Positions 18,866-27,837 of a stretch of DNA of 44,932 nucleotides are shown here, piece after piece. Where the stretch lies: sequence record OR565852; one strand, 5' to 3'. A program made the position numbers and the translations under genes. This DNA comes from Citrobacter phage phiNP. Position 1 is the stretch's first letter. Each line of letters starts with the position of its first letter. The notes under the pieces were generated by a model. The model ran no database searches, had not been told where the DNA came from, and worked only from the letters and a program-made list of their open reading frames with translations.

Positions 18866-19128
18866 CAGAAACGGAACCTCACCGGTCGGCGTGGCCGCGC
18901 CACAATTCCCAGCTGCGCCTGCAGCAACTGGATCAGCGCCAGCAGGTCAGCCAAGCTGCTTTGCTGGTAAGAAACAGAGCGCGTGCCGTCTCCCTGTGAA
19001 TAGGAGAACGAAACACCACGACTCCCGGTAGTGAGATCGATATACGCCTGCTGTGCCTTTGCCAGTGCCTCCTGGAGCTGCTCACGAGTCATTCCACCGG
19101 CAAGCAGGCTGGTGTTTCGGTTAAACAT
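18865..19128 (-). CDS. Head-tail joining protein (gpW-like)
   Basis: 87 aa between the large terminase and portal genes. Confidence 0.5.
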   Translation of the reverse strand: MFNRNTSLLAGGMTREQLQEALAKAQQAYIDLTTGSRGVSFSYSQGDGTRSVSYQQSSLADLLALIQLLQAQLGIVARPRRPVRFRF

Positions 19129-19136
19129 GATGGTCC

Positions 19137-21116
19137 TTACTGAGGTAGTAACTGTGATAACCGTCGGCGCTTCGGCGCCGCTGGCTCTTCGATGATGACG
19201 CCCGGCAGCCGGTAATCCGGTTTCGGCTGTGGATCCGGCTCTGCGGCAATCAGTCGTTCCGGGTTAGCGGCGATACTGTCGGCCTTCGCATTCAGCTTCA
19301 GCCCCATATGCAGCAAACCGCAGAGCGCGGCATAGCCGTAAACACGGCAGTCCAGCGCCTCGTTAGCCCTGCCTGCCAGTTGCTCCCAGACGCGATAGGT
19401 CTGGCCGCCGGAGTGTTTTACAACAGAGCGTTCGGCCAGTAGCTGCCCGAAATAATGCAAATCCCGGTCAGCCGGAAAATGCATATACGCCGATTTCGAC
19501 TCCCCGGCCTCCGGCGGCTCAATATGCAGTCGGTTGCGGATAGTATCCTTTGCTGAATTGACGCCAATAATGATTGGTCGGAACGTCGCCTTACTGCGCG
19601 ATGAGGGGCGCTTGGTCGGCCAGACGGGTGACCGCTTTCCGCCCCTGGCGGACTCCCCTTTTACCGCCCAGATACGGCGTCCCAGTCGCTCTTTGGCAAA
19701 CTCGTAAACCTTCTGGGTATGGTGGCCTCCGGAATCGTGGCAGGCGGCCATGATGGTGAATCCCCGGCCATCAGCCCGGCGCCATACCTGCTTCAGGTAC
19801 GCGTCCAGGCGCTGCCAGGGCTCTTCGGTTTCCAGGTCACCCTCGATCACGTCATAGGCAATGGACCAGGACTCTTCGTTACGTCCCCATCCGATGACCT
19901 CGATTTCAAAGCGATCGTCCTGGGTATCAATCCCAGCCGTCAGAACCGCCACGCCATCCGGCACCTCGGCGGCGTAAACCTCACAGCGCTCAGCCAGCCG
20001 TTTTTCACTCAGCGCCTTCTCCCCCCTGTCCTCATAGGGCTCCCCGAGGGTGGTGTTAATGAAGGTCTGGCGCTGCAGGGGATCGTCTTTTACCTTCAGC
20101 CACTCCGCGACCAGATATTTCCATGCCGCATTAGGGAACAGGCTGTATCCGGTCCAGATATGGAATCCCGCATGGCCGCTAAATGGCCGGGTCGCGCGCC
20201 ATTCACCATTTTTCACCATCCATGCTTTATCGCTGTGCTGAATCACACAGCCGTTGTGCCGACAGACGTAATAAGCGGATTCAGGAATGCCGTTGCCGTC
20301 CTTATCCTTTTCCCACTTGATACCGTAAGACGTATCCGGGCCGCCCCACTCCAGAACCTGATATTCGCCGCAGTGTGGACAGGGAACAAAATAGCGACGC
20401 TGATCGCTCTCCAGATACGCTTTCTCGATGCGACTGATGCCTTTCACCGTCGGTGTCGAGCCCAGCGCTATTTTTCGGTTCCAGAACGTTTCCGAGCGCT
20501 TGATCCCCAGCGCTATCTGGTCGCCTTCCGCACCAGCGCCACCTGCGGGGTACCCGTCCACCTCATCAAACAGGATGATGCGGCAGGTGATACGACGGAA
20601 ACCACCAGGACTGTTCGCCCCCACCATGGTCAGGTTAGCACCATTAGTGAACGTCTTTTTGAGGATGGTCTGATTACTGTCCTTCGCTTTGGGACTACCG
20701 CAAATGTCAGCCAGAACGGGGGTATCGCGCAGCATCGGCGATATTTCGGTTTTACTGTAATCCTCGGCATCCTCAACACGGGGCTGCACCACCAGGATCG
20801 GTGACGGGTCATGTGAGAGAAAATAGCCCACTACGTGGTCGAGGATCTTGGTATAGCCGACACGGGCCGATTTCATCACACTAATCTGGACAACAGCAGG
20901 ATCCGTAATGGCATCCATGATGCCGTCCTGGTACGCAAAGGAGCGAAATTTACCCGTCTGGGCGCTGGTTTCCTTGGACAGCACCGCATATTTATTGGCC
21001 CATTCGCTCAGCGATAGAGGTTCCGGCGGGCGAACGTCTGCACGGGCCTGGACCAGCGAGGCGCGGAAGCGGCGCCAGGCGTTATTGCTGATCCCCCCCT
21101 CTGCTGTCTGTGTCAC
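19137..21116 (-). CDS. Terminase large subunit, lambda gpA family
   Basis: 659 aa; GpA-type segment VLTAGIDTQDDRFEIEVIGWG. Confidence 0.8.
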   Translation of the reverse strand: MTQTAEGGISNNAWRRFRASLVQARADVRPPEPLSLSEWANKYAVLSKETSAQTGKFRSFAYQDGIMDAITDPAVVQISVMKSARVGYTKILDHVVGYFLSHDPSPILVVQPRVEDAEDYSKTEISPMLRDTPVLADICGSPKAKDSNQTILKKTFTNGANLTMVGANSPGGFRRITCRIILFDEVDGYPAGGAGAEGDQIALGIKRSETFWNRKIALGSTPTVKGISRIEKAYLESDQRRYFVPCPHCGEYQVLEWGGPDTSYGIKWEKDKDGNGIPESAYYVCRHNGCVIQHSDKAWMVKNGEWRATRPFSGHAGFHIWTGYSLFPNAAWKYLVAEWLKVKDDPLQRQTFINTTLGEPYEDRGEKALSEKRLAERCEVYAAEVPDGVAVLTAGIDTQDDRFEIEVIGWGRNEESWSIAYDVIEGDLETEEPWQRLDAYLKQVWRRADGRGFTIMAACHDSGGHHTQKVYEFAKERLGRRIWAVKGESARGGKRSPVWPTKRPSSRSKATFRPIIIGVNSAKDTIRNRLHIEPPEAGESKSAYMHFPADRDLHYFGQLLAERSVVKHSGGQTYRVWEQLAGRANEALDCRVYGYAALCGLLHMGLKLNAKADSIAANPERLIAAEPDPQPKPDYRLPGVIIEEPAAPKRRRLSQLLPQ

Positions 21117-21687
21117 TGCTCAACTCCTCCATAGCCTCATACACCACTTCCTGAAGCGCCTGGACGAATTCAGCATCGCTGACAGTCGGGGCCAGCACAC
21201 GCAGCCGGGGGCCATGTTCCGGGGCGATAGCCACCAGGCGGGTACGCATCCGGGAATATTCTTTCCTGACCTCAGAGATCATTTCTTCGAATGGCAACAG
21301 TGCGCCGGATTTTGTGTCATATTCCAGCTGCGTCAGCAGCGCCAGGTAGTTCTCCTTCATCTGACGGGCTTCATCCAGCGTCATTTCAGCACCACGGGCA
21401 ACCAGGATCCGCTCTGCCACTTTACTGGCCGACTCCGGTCGTTCCGGCGTCGCGGTGTTACCCTGGCTGTTACTCCTGGTGGTGTTACCCTTCCTGTTAC
21501 CCTGGCTGTTACCTTCCGCATTTTTTTTACCCGGGCGACTCACCGTTTTCCGGTAGCGTTCAATGTTCGCGTTGGACGCGTCCACATCGATATCTTCACC
21601 ATCCAGAACCAGCCAGCCCCGGGCTTTCCACTGGGTGACCGTCTTCCGGCTGACGCCGTGCAACCTGGCGAATTCTGACTGGTTCAT
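21082..21687 (-). CDS. Terminase small subunit (HTH N-terminus)
   Basis: 201 aa; N-terminal HTH-like MNQSEFARLHGVSRKTVTQWKARGW; overlaps the large terminase start. Confidence 0.6.
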   Translation of the reverse strand: MNQSEFARLHGVSRKTVTQWKARGWLVLDGEDIDVDASNANIERYRKTVSRPGKKNAEGNSQGNRKGNTTRSNSQGNTATPERPESASKVAERILVARGAEMTLDEARQMKENYLALLTQLEYDTKSGALLPFEEMISEVRKEYSRMRTRLVAIAPEHGPRLRVLAPTVSDAEFVQALQEVVYEAMEELSSDTDSRGGDQQ

Positions 21688-21857
21688 GTGTTACCCCGGC
21701 TGTTACCTGTTACCCAAATTTCAAAAGTTCATAGCTAGCCGAACATCGCGGCGCGCAATGCCCGTGTGATATCAGCCAGTTAGGAAGGACCCATTTTTTT
21801 CTGAGCCGTCCTCCCCGGGGGATATCGTCGATTTTCCCGATTTGAAAAATATGCGGA

Positions 21858-22562
21858 CTACTTCGCGGTGCGGAGAGCCTCCGCTATTGCCTGACTCAGT
21901 GCACCAGGTAGCAGCGCTTCCGCCATCTGGTTCGCTCTGTCCATGTATCCCAGTACTGGGCTGACAGGAAGCGCATCACCAAAGCGAATAAGGAGTTTCG
22001 GGGCTGGCTGCTTCATCCTGTCGCGGCGCATGCCGTTCGGAGAGCGTTTAGCCCGCTTTTTCCTCTTGCTCTTCTTTGGCTTCCTGCGCTGCCATACACC
22101 GTTAACACCGTTGACGTCACCGATGAAGGTATTCGGCTTTGCCTTTAGCTGGCTCATCTTGTTACGGGTCAGGTTGCCGTATTTGTTCAGCTTGATGTTC
22201 TTGGGGTTCAGCAGTGCTTTGCCGTTCAGCTTATGCTCTCCACCAAATTCGAAAGGCTCCAGGTATCCGGCTGCCGTATCGCGAACAAACACCCGGGCGC
22301 GCAGGTTGCTCTTTCTTGCCCCCACTGAGCCAACCGACTTAACGGTGAATGGTGTCGGATTATCCAGCCTGCGCTGGAATGCCGTCTTCTGCGCAGCCTC
22401 TATCTGTCGAACGACAGACGTCATAGCCTGGGCCGTGGCGAAAGGAATCTGCTTTTTTATCGCCTGCAGCTGGCGTGACAGGTCACGTAAATCAGCCATT
22501 GGACACCCCTTATAGTGCTGGTACCCATGGTAAATTACTGGTCCACGGTTTCGGGTTTCCAT
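21858..22562 (-). CDS. Hypothetical protein with a highly basic segment
   Basis: 234 aa; KPKKSKRKKRAKR segment; alternative start at MADLRDLS. Confidence 0.35.
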   Translation of the reverse strand: METRNRGPVIYHGYQHYKGCPMADLRDLSRQLQAIKKQIPFATAQAMTSVVRQIEAAQKTAFQRRLDNPTPFTVKSVGSVGARKSNLRARVFVRDTAAGYLEPFEFGGEHKLNGKALLNPKNIKLNKYGNLTRNKMSQLKAKPNTFIGDVNGVNGVWQRRKPKKSKRKKRAKRSPNGMRRDRMKQPAPKLLIRFGDALPVSPVLGYMDRANQMAEALLPGALSQAIAEALRTAK

Positions 22563-23175
22563 GAAAGCAGACTATTCGTGCATCGGGCGGCAACGTTCCA
22601 TTGCCTTCAGACCTTAATGAGTGCCATCCTGGCATTCCGGCGCACGCGATGTGCTGCTTATAGCTGACTATCTGGCCGGGATACTCGTTCTGCCAGATAA
22701 TCCGGGGCTGAAACACATCATCGAGAAAACCCTGGTCACCCCATTTCTTCCCAGGCTGCGTACACTCCTGCATGATGCGCACCGGCGCTTCCATGAACTG
22801 TTCCCATATCGACGCTTTATTTCCATGCGGTATTCGCATCACGGCAGATCCCACCGTTGAGGGATGATAGAAATCAGCCAGAATTCCCATGCGCTGCTCT
22901 GCCAGCAATTCCGTAATATCACCGGTAATAACCGTATCGAGATCAAGAAAGAAGATGTCGCTATCACACTGAGCCGGATCGAACAATTCGATCTTGCTCC
23001 ACCAGCCCGGCCAGCTCTGCTTCAGGGGAATAGTACGAACTCCCCGGATAGCCCTGTCGGAGAAGCACACAAAGTCATATCCACCAGGTAGCTGCCGTTT
23101 CAGCCATTTCACATGCTCTGGTGCATATGCGCCACCGCTGCGTAAAACCGTTGCGATTACGGGCTTATCTCTCAT
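22510..23175 (-). CDS. Putative glycosyltransferase-like protein (DxD-containing)
   Basis: 221 aa; FFLDLDTVI contains a DxD motif; assignment is tentative. Confidence 0.3.
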   Translation of the reverse strand: MRDKPVIATVLRSGGAYAPEHVKWLKRQLPGGYDFVCFSDRAIRGVRTIPLKQSWPGWWSKIELFDPAQCDSDIFFLDLDTVITGDITELLAEQRMGILADFYHPSTVGSAVMRIPHGNKASIWEQFMEAPVRIMQECTQPGKKWGDQGFLDDVFQPRIIWQNEYPGQIVSYKQHIACAGMPGWHSLRSEGNGTLPPDARIVCFHGNPKPWTSNLPWVPAL

Positions 23176-23785
23176 CAGTCATATCCATCCATTCGGCAAG
23201 TGTCATTTGAGGTACGGAAGCTAGCTTTCCCAGAGAAACCACATTAATCTGAGGCCGGGCTGACGCGAAAAGTAACGGCAAATGAGACAAGTCTCGGCAC
23301 CAGCCGCCCTCCACACGCTCTTCGTCAGTCGCATCAACCCCCACCAGAGCTACATCGATAAATCCCAGGTGGTACGCCAGACCCAGCGCGCCGTAGGCAC
23401 TGTTACCAGAATGAATTTCGCCAGGGCTATTGCTCAGGCCGGGAGTACACGACCAGCGCCATAACCACCAGCCAGGTGATCCAACCGTTGCCGGTTCAGC
23501 GCCACGCGATGAGATTCGCCTCATCCTGATAACATGCGGCGGTAGCCCGATATCATCCGGAACAGCCGCCACATAGCAGATGTTCGGGCGCGGATTAGCC
23601 AGCCGGCTCATATTTTCCGGACTGGGATCCAGCGTGAAAAAATAATCGGTGCTCGGTAGCCAGTCGATAGCTCCATTCACCGCAATAATTGTCACCCCGT
23701 CCGGTGGACTGAACTCCGCCGCACTGGGACCGGATGCGACGATAATCGCTCTATTGCTGTTTCCAGCCTTTCGCGTTGAAAGCAT
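23165..23785 (-). CDS. GT42/Maf(DUF115)-like Rossmann-fold protein, paralogue A
   Basis: 206 aa; IIVASGPS...IIAVNGAID and ...LGLAYHLGFIDVALVGVDAT resemble, from memory, the N-terminal motifs of Cst-II-type sialyltransferases and motility-accessory-factor proteins. Confidence 0.35.
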   Translation of the reverse strand: MLSTRKAGNSNRAIIVASGPSAAEFSPPDGVTIIAVNGAIDWLPSTDYFFTLDPSPENMSRLANPRPNICYVAAVPDDIGLPPHVIRMRRISSRGAEPATVGSPGWWLWRWSCTPGLSNSPGEIHSGNSAYGALGLAYHLGFIDVALVGVDATDEERVEGGWCRDLSHLPLLFASARPQINVVSLGKLASVPQMTLAEWMDMTDER

Positions 23786-24294
23786 TTCAGAGAGGTATCC
23801 CGTGAACAGTTAACAATTTCCACCCCAGAGCAGGCCGCGGCCAGGCGGGAAAATTCACCCTGCCAGGCGATAACGCTTTCATGTGTCGGGTTTCGTAGTC
23901 GTCCGGCGGCATGGGCCCCATGCCAGTGAATCCCGCGCTTCAGTGAGCAGTCATAGCCCAACAGCAGAATCCGGCTGGCGCCCAGGGTGGCGGCTAACTC
24001 AATGGCTCGCTGCCCTGAGTTAAACGATCCCGGTATTGCTGTTTGCAGGTAGCTAATGCCGAAATGAATGGCGGTGTAACGGCTGCCACACCAGCGCGCC
24101 GCCGTTACAGGAATTTTGCTGGCGTGCTCCCGCCACCATGCAAAATCAGCCGCATAGATTGCCGAGCAGAACGGCGCCACACGCCATGAATCATTAACGG
24201 CAATAATGGGGATTTCAGCCTCATAGAGCAGCTGACAATCGGCAAGCGTCAGGGATGGCCCCGACGCTGCACAAGCGATGACGGAGTTTTTCAC
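23692..24294 (-). CDS. GT42/Maf(DUF115)-like Rossmann-fold protein, paralogue B
   Basis: 200 aa; VIACAASGPSL...IIAVNDSWR and ...ATLGASRILLLGYDCS parallel the adjacent paralogue. Confidence 0.35.
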   Translation of the reverse strand: MKNSVIACAASGPSLTLADCQLLYEAEIPIIAVNDSWRVAPFCSAIYAADFAWWREHASKIPVTAARWCGSRYTAIHFGISYLQTAIPGSFNSGQRAIELAATLGASRILLLGYDCSLKRGIHWHGAHAAGRLRNPTHESVIAWQGEFSRLAAACSGVEIVNCSRDTSLKCFQRERLETAIERLSSHPVPVRRSSVHRTG

Positions 24295-24604
24295 TGTGTA
24301 TCCAAAATATATTCCGGGGAAAGTTGAAACTGGATGCTATCTGAAACAGATCGTTTATGCTGAGTTACCCCGGAAATAAGCCGGGTATTCAGAAGAAAAT
24401 AAAAAGCACTGTCGACGAGCCTCCGAAGAAGCCCGCCTGCACTGCCCGTTATGGTGTTACTCCAGATTATCCCTGGTTATCATAAGGGTTCAGCCCGCCC
24501 ATGCCGACACATGGGCGCACACAGCAACAAGGGGGATGGCTGCTGTAATGCCCTGTTCGCTGGGCCAGCGTCGGTTGCCACCCGATCTACGGCAGTGAAT
24601 TCAT

Positions 24605-24856
24605 TTAGCCCAGCTTTGCACGCACCAGCGCATCTTTCGCTTCAAGAAGTTTACGCAAACCAGCCGACTTCTCCGGGCCATTCGGCAGCATTGCATCCAT
24701 CAGCTTAGCCAGATCACCGATAGGCTTACTGACTTCCTGTAAATGCGGAGGTAAGTGCTCATACTCAAAATACTTAATGATCGGCGTGATGATAGTTGCC
24801 ATCGATAACCTCTGTTTGATTGTTGGATGCTCTAACTGAGTCATAAATACGTTCAC
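24605..24856 (-). CDS. Hypothetical small protein downstream of the spanins
   Basis: 83-aa ORF; the likely true start is the internal MATIITP. Confidence 0.3.
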   Translation of the reverse strand: MNVFMTQLEHPTIKQRLSMATIITPIIKYFEYEHLPPHLQEVSKPIGDLAKLMDAMLPNGPEKSAGLRKLLEAKDALVRAKLG

Positions 24857-25328
24857 ACGTCATTCCAGCGCGGTAGCTTTTGTCAGATCGTCCAGCATAG
24901 TATTTAGCTTCATCTGCAAGGCGTCCGAGCATGTCGGCGAGCATCGCGGCGTTGGCGCTGGCTGTTTTGCTTCGGACGGTAGCGGCAAGATCTGCGGTGT
25001 GCTTTGCGGCGTCCAGGCGGGTGGCAAGTTTTTTAGCTTGTTGCTGCAGCTGGCTAACAGTGGCAGACAAACCAGCAGCAGTGGCAGCAGCTTTTGCGGC
25101 TTGCGTTTGTGCATCTTTCACGGCCTCATCACGGGCAATAATGCGCCCTTGCTCAATCATTCGGGCAGCAGTCTGCGCGTTAGCAGCCTGTGAGGACTCT
25201 GCGCTGTCACGATCCGCCCATTTTATTCGCCAGGCCCGGTCGCGCCAGCTATCTCCCGTAACAAACGCAATGACCACCAGCAGTATGATCGCCAGAGGCT
25301 TCCAGAATGTCTTCAGCAGAGAGAACAT
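24774..25328 (-). CDS. Rz-like i-spanin
   Basis: 184 aa with N-terminal transmembrane segment and Ala/Gln-rich coiled-coil; contains the embedded Rz1-like ORF. Confidence 0.6.
   Translation of the reverse strand: MFSLLKTFWKPLAIILLVVIAFVTGDSWRDRAWRIKWADRDSAESSQAANAQTAARMIEQGRIIARDEAVKDAQTQAAKAAATAAGLSATVSQLQQQAKKLATRLDAAKHTADLAATVRSKTASANAAMLADMLGRLADEAKYYAGRSDKSYRAGMTCERIYDSVRASNNQTEVIDGNYHHADH
24860..25114 (-). CDS. Rz1-like o-spanin (lipoprotein) embedded in Rz
   Basis: 84 aa; signal peptide with lipobox LLASC; Pro-rich mature part; wholly inside the Rz gene in another frame. Confidence 0.55.
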   Translation of the reverse strand: MHKRKPQKLLPLLLVCLPLLASCSNKLKNLPPAWTPQSTPQILPLPSEAKQPAPTPRCSPTCSDALQMKLNTMLDDLTKATALE

Positions 25329-25331
25329 CTG

Positions 25332-25739
25332 TCACCCCGCCAGATCGATAGCCTTAACGAAAACATCAAATCTGTATGGCTGGTCCCCGTTCTCATGCTG
25401 AATGATGGCCTGCAACAGCTTCATCATGAATCGGCTGTCGCTGGTATCAATACGCTGGTCGGGATCAACGCCCGTCGCTTTCGCTACGCTGTTGATATAG
25501 GACTGCGTGTCGTTCTCATTGGTCGGTGCCCAGCGGTTTATGATCCCGCTGATGGTGCTGAGCCCATGTTTACGCTGGTAGTTGCGCAAAATGATGATCA
25601 TCGCCCGAATGCCATACTCCGCCGATTTGAACTGACAGAATGATTTATCAGTGCGCTGAGTTTCTGGCACCAGCCCCTTCCACTCGTCACCCCAGCGAAT
25701 ATTGCCGGGGTTGTTATTGCGGATCCCGCGTGCTGTCAT
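25332..25739 (-). CDS. Putative endolysin
   Basis: 135 aa between holin and Rz; enzymatic class not determined. Confidence 0.45.
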   Translation of the reverse strand: MTARGIRNNNPGNIRWGDEWKGLVPETQRTDKSFCQFKSAEYGIRAMIIILRNYQRKHGLSTISGIINRWAPTNENDTQSYINSVAKATGVDPDQRIDTSDSRFMMKLLQAIIQHENGDQPYRFDVFVKAIDLAG

Positions 25740-26068
25740 TTATTGCTCTCCCTTGTGTTGATGCCGGCTCTCCTGGAGACAACAGCCAGCGCCATATCGC
25801 GGAGGCGATCAGCACCAACGAAGCCCACCAGCGCACCCACAAACGCGCCGGAATTAGCAGGGAGGCCGAAGTATTCAAGTAATGCTGAAATGGCCAGGGC
25901 GAAAATACCGCAGATCAGCGCTCCCGTTGCCGTGTACAGCTTCGGCTTTCCTGCCCTGATGTCGATCAGCGCTGAAATGCCCAGGGCGCACAGACCTGCG
26001 TATACCGAAGGGAGGTACATCGCGATCCATTTCATAGTTTGCTCAAAAATCCCGTTTGCATGGTTCAT
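25736..26068 (-). CDS. Holin
   Basis: 110 aa with predicted hydrophobic helices and a charged C-terminus; first gene of the lysis cassette. Confidence 0.6.
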   Translation of the reverse strand: MNHANGIFEQTMKWIAMYLPSVYAGLCALGISALIDIRAGKPKLYTATGALICGIFALAISALLEYFGLPANSGAFVGALVGFVGADRLRDMALAVVSRRAGINTRESNK

Positions 26069-26245
26069 GAATCCACCTCCGAAGTGATGTTCGAGGTGCT
26101 GTGTTGGGGGAAATTCAGGCTTCAGGGTGGTGGCGCTACATGGCTATATAGAGGATGAAACCCTGAGCCTGAAAGAGATGACCACCACAGCATGACAAAC
26201 GTGGTGAGCCGATTGATGACGCTTTCGGCTCATTGAGTGAGCCGT

Positions 26246-27298
26246 TTATTTTTCTGGTAACGCTCTGATTTCTTCAACGGTCTGGTTAAACCGCTCTGTT
26301 TCCAGCTCGACGCCAATAGCCTTACGGCCTAAATCGATCGCCGCTTTTAACGTGGAACCGGAGCCCATGAAGAAATCAGCTACCACATCCCCGGGTCTGC
26401 TGCTCGCGCTGATGATTTGCTTCAGCATGTCAGCAGGCTTTTCGCAGGGATGTTTGCCGGGATAAAACTGGACGGGTTTATGCGTCCATACGTCGGTATA
26501 TGGCACGGCCACCGACACGGCAAAATACCGCCGAAGGGATTTGTACTCCTCCAGCAGTTCGGAATATTTACGGTTCAGTGACTGGTATGTTGCCACCAGT
26601 TGGTGATGAGGCTGCGCCAGTTCGGCACGCTGATGCTTCTCGATAGCGATCCGGGTGAAAAGCTCCTGCAATTTGAGGTAATCCGCTTCACCCGGCAGCT
26701 GCCACTGGCTGGAACCAAACCAGTGCGAAACCATGTTCTTCTTACCAGTGGCCTCGGTGATTTGTTTCGAGGTAACGCCAAGGGATTCCCGGGCATTCTG
26801 AAAATAGGTAATAAGCGGTGTCAGCACATGCTGTTTGAGTTCACCACATTTTGCCGCGTAACCATCGTCTTTGGGCTTGCATGGCCCCTGATAGTGTTCA
26901 GCAAACAGAACACGCTCAGTGGCCGGGAAATACGCGCGCAGACTTTCTTTATTGCAGCCATTCCAGCGACCGCTCGGTTTAGCCCAAATGATGTGGTTCA
27001 GGATGCTGAAGCGGTCGCGCATTAAGATTTCAATATCTGCAGCCAGCCGGTGGCCGCAAAACAGGTAAAGGCTACCGGCGGGTTTCAACACTCGCCAGAA
27101 TTCAGCCAGGCAGCGATCGAGCCAGCGAAGATAGTCTTCATCCCCTTTCCACTGGTTATCCCATCCGTTTGGCTTCACCTTGAAGTAAGGCGGATCGGTA
27201 ACAATCAGGTCGATGGAGTTATCAGGAAGGGTGGCGATGTAATGCAGGCAGTCAGCGTTGATTAACTCAACACTGTTTATTTTTACAGTATTTTTCAT
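26246..27298 (-). CDS. DNA methyltransferase (N4/N6 class, DPPY motif)
   Basis: 350 aa; IDLIVTDPPYF motif IV near the N-terminus and FFMGSGST AdoMet motif near the C-terminus. Confidence 0.75.
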   Translation of the reverse strand: MKNTVKINSVELINADCLHYIATLPDNSIDLIVTDPPYFKVKPNGWDNQWKGDEDYLRWLDRCLAEFWRVLKPAGSLYLFCGHRLAADIEILMRDRFSILNHIIWAKPSGRWNGCNKESLRAYFPATERVLFAEHYQGPCKPKDDGYAAKCGELKQHVLTPLITYFQNARESLGVTSKQITEATGKKNMVSHWFGSSQWQLPGEADYLKLQELFTRIAIEKHQRAELAQPHHQLVATYQSLNRKYSELLEEYKSLRRYFAVSVAVPYTDVWTHKPVQFYPGKHPCEKPADMLKQIISASSRPGDVVADFFMGSGSTLKAAIDLGRKAIGVELETERFNQTVEEIRALPEK

Positions 27299-27447
27299 AG
27301 ATCAGTAAGCGGGACTCTGATAGGCTCACTGTGCTTTAGCGCTAAAGCGGTGGGCCTCGGTTCGCTTGTGACCTCAAACATGAGCGAATGGCTGGTGGAG
27401 TGCTCCAACACCCACCAGCCGCCCATTTTCACAGCCAATAGCCACCA

Positions 27448-27711
27448 TTACTGGAGGCGCTTATAACATCCGAATTGATAAAACGAAAACCCCGCCATCA
27501 CTAATTGCGTGAGTATAAATTCACAGCGTGCAAGGCTCAGGTGTGTATTCTCTGCAATTTCCCCAGCGGTCGCTGGCGTTGTACTTAGTTCATTAAGAAT
27601 TGCTTTCGCTTCTTCTGTCATATCTTGCTGATTTAGCATGTCTTTTACCTTAAAAAATAGTGTGACATACAGATAACTCTGGTCGCCGACAGCAGCAAGA
27701 AGTCTTTGCAA
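27448..27711 (-). CDS. Hypothetical small protein
   Basis: 87-aa ORF just downstream of the putative late terminator; possible internal start at MLNQQD. Confidence 0.3.
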   Translation of the reverse strand: MQRLLAAVGDQSYLYVTLFFKVKDMLNQQDMTEEAKAILNELSTTPATAGEIAENTHLSLARCEFILTQLVMAGFSFYQFGCYKRLQ

Positions 27712-27716
27712 AAGAC

Positions 27717-27743
27717 ATAAAAAAACCCCGCCGAAACGAGGTT
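27717..27743 (-). terminator. Putative tR'-like intrinsic terminator downstream of the Q-like gene
   Basis: Minus-strand AACCUCGUUUCGGCGGGG followed by U7; sits where lambda has tR'. Confidence 0.4.
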
Positions 27744-27837
27744 AGATACAGTTTTGACAAAATATCAAATTAGCCTTAAATATGGCTCATTTTGTTGCAT
27801 TTTGCAAGCGCGTTAGACGGAGTTAGTGAAATTTAGG
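27744..27837 (-). promoter_or_regulatory. Putative late promoter (pR'-like) region
   Basis: Minus-strand TTGCAA followed about 17 nt later by a TATTTA-like hexamer; placement by analogy with lambdoid late control. Confidence 0.3.

Noticed and set aside
19719-20804. 361-aa plus-strand ORF inside the large terminase gene
   Set aside because: Entirely antisense to a well-supported terminase gene; a shadow ORF, like the many 60-130-aa antisense ORFs across the structural region.
24295-24604. Intergenic gap with a CCCGG-aaataag-CCGGG hairpin, considered as a terminator or small gene
   Set aside because: No T-run on either strand and only very short ORFs; insufficient evidence for any feature.
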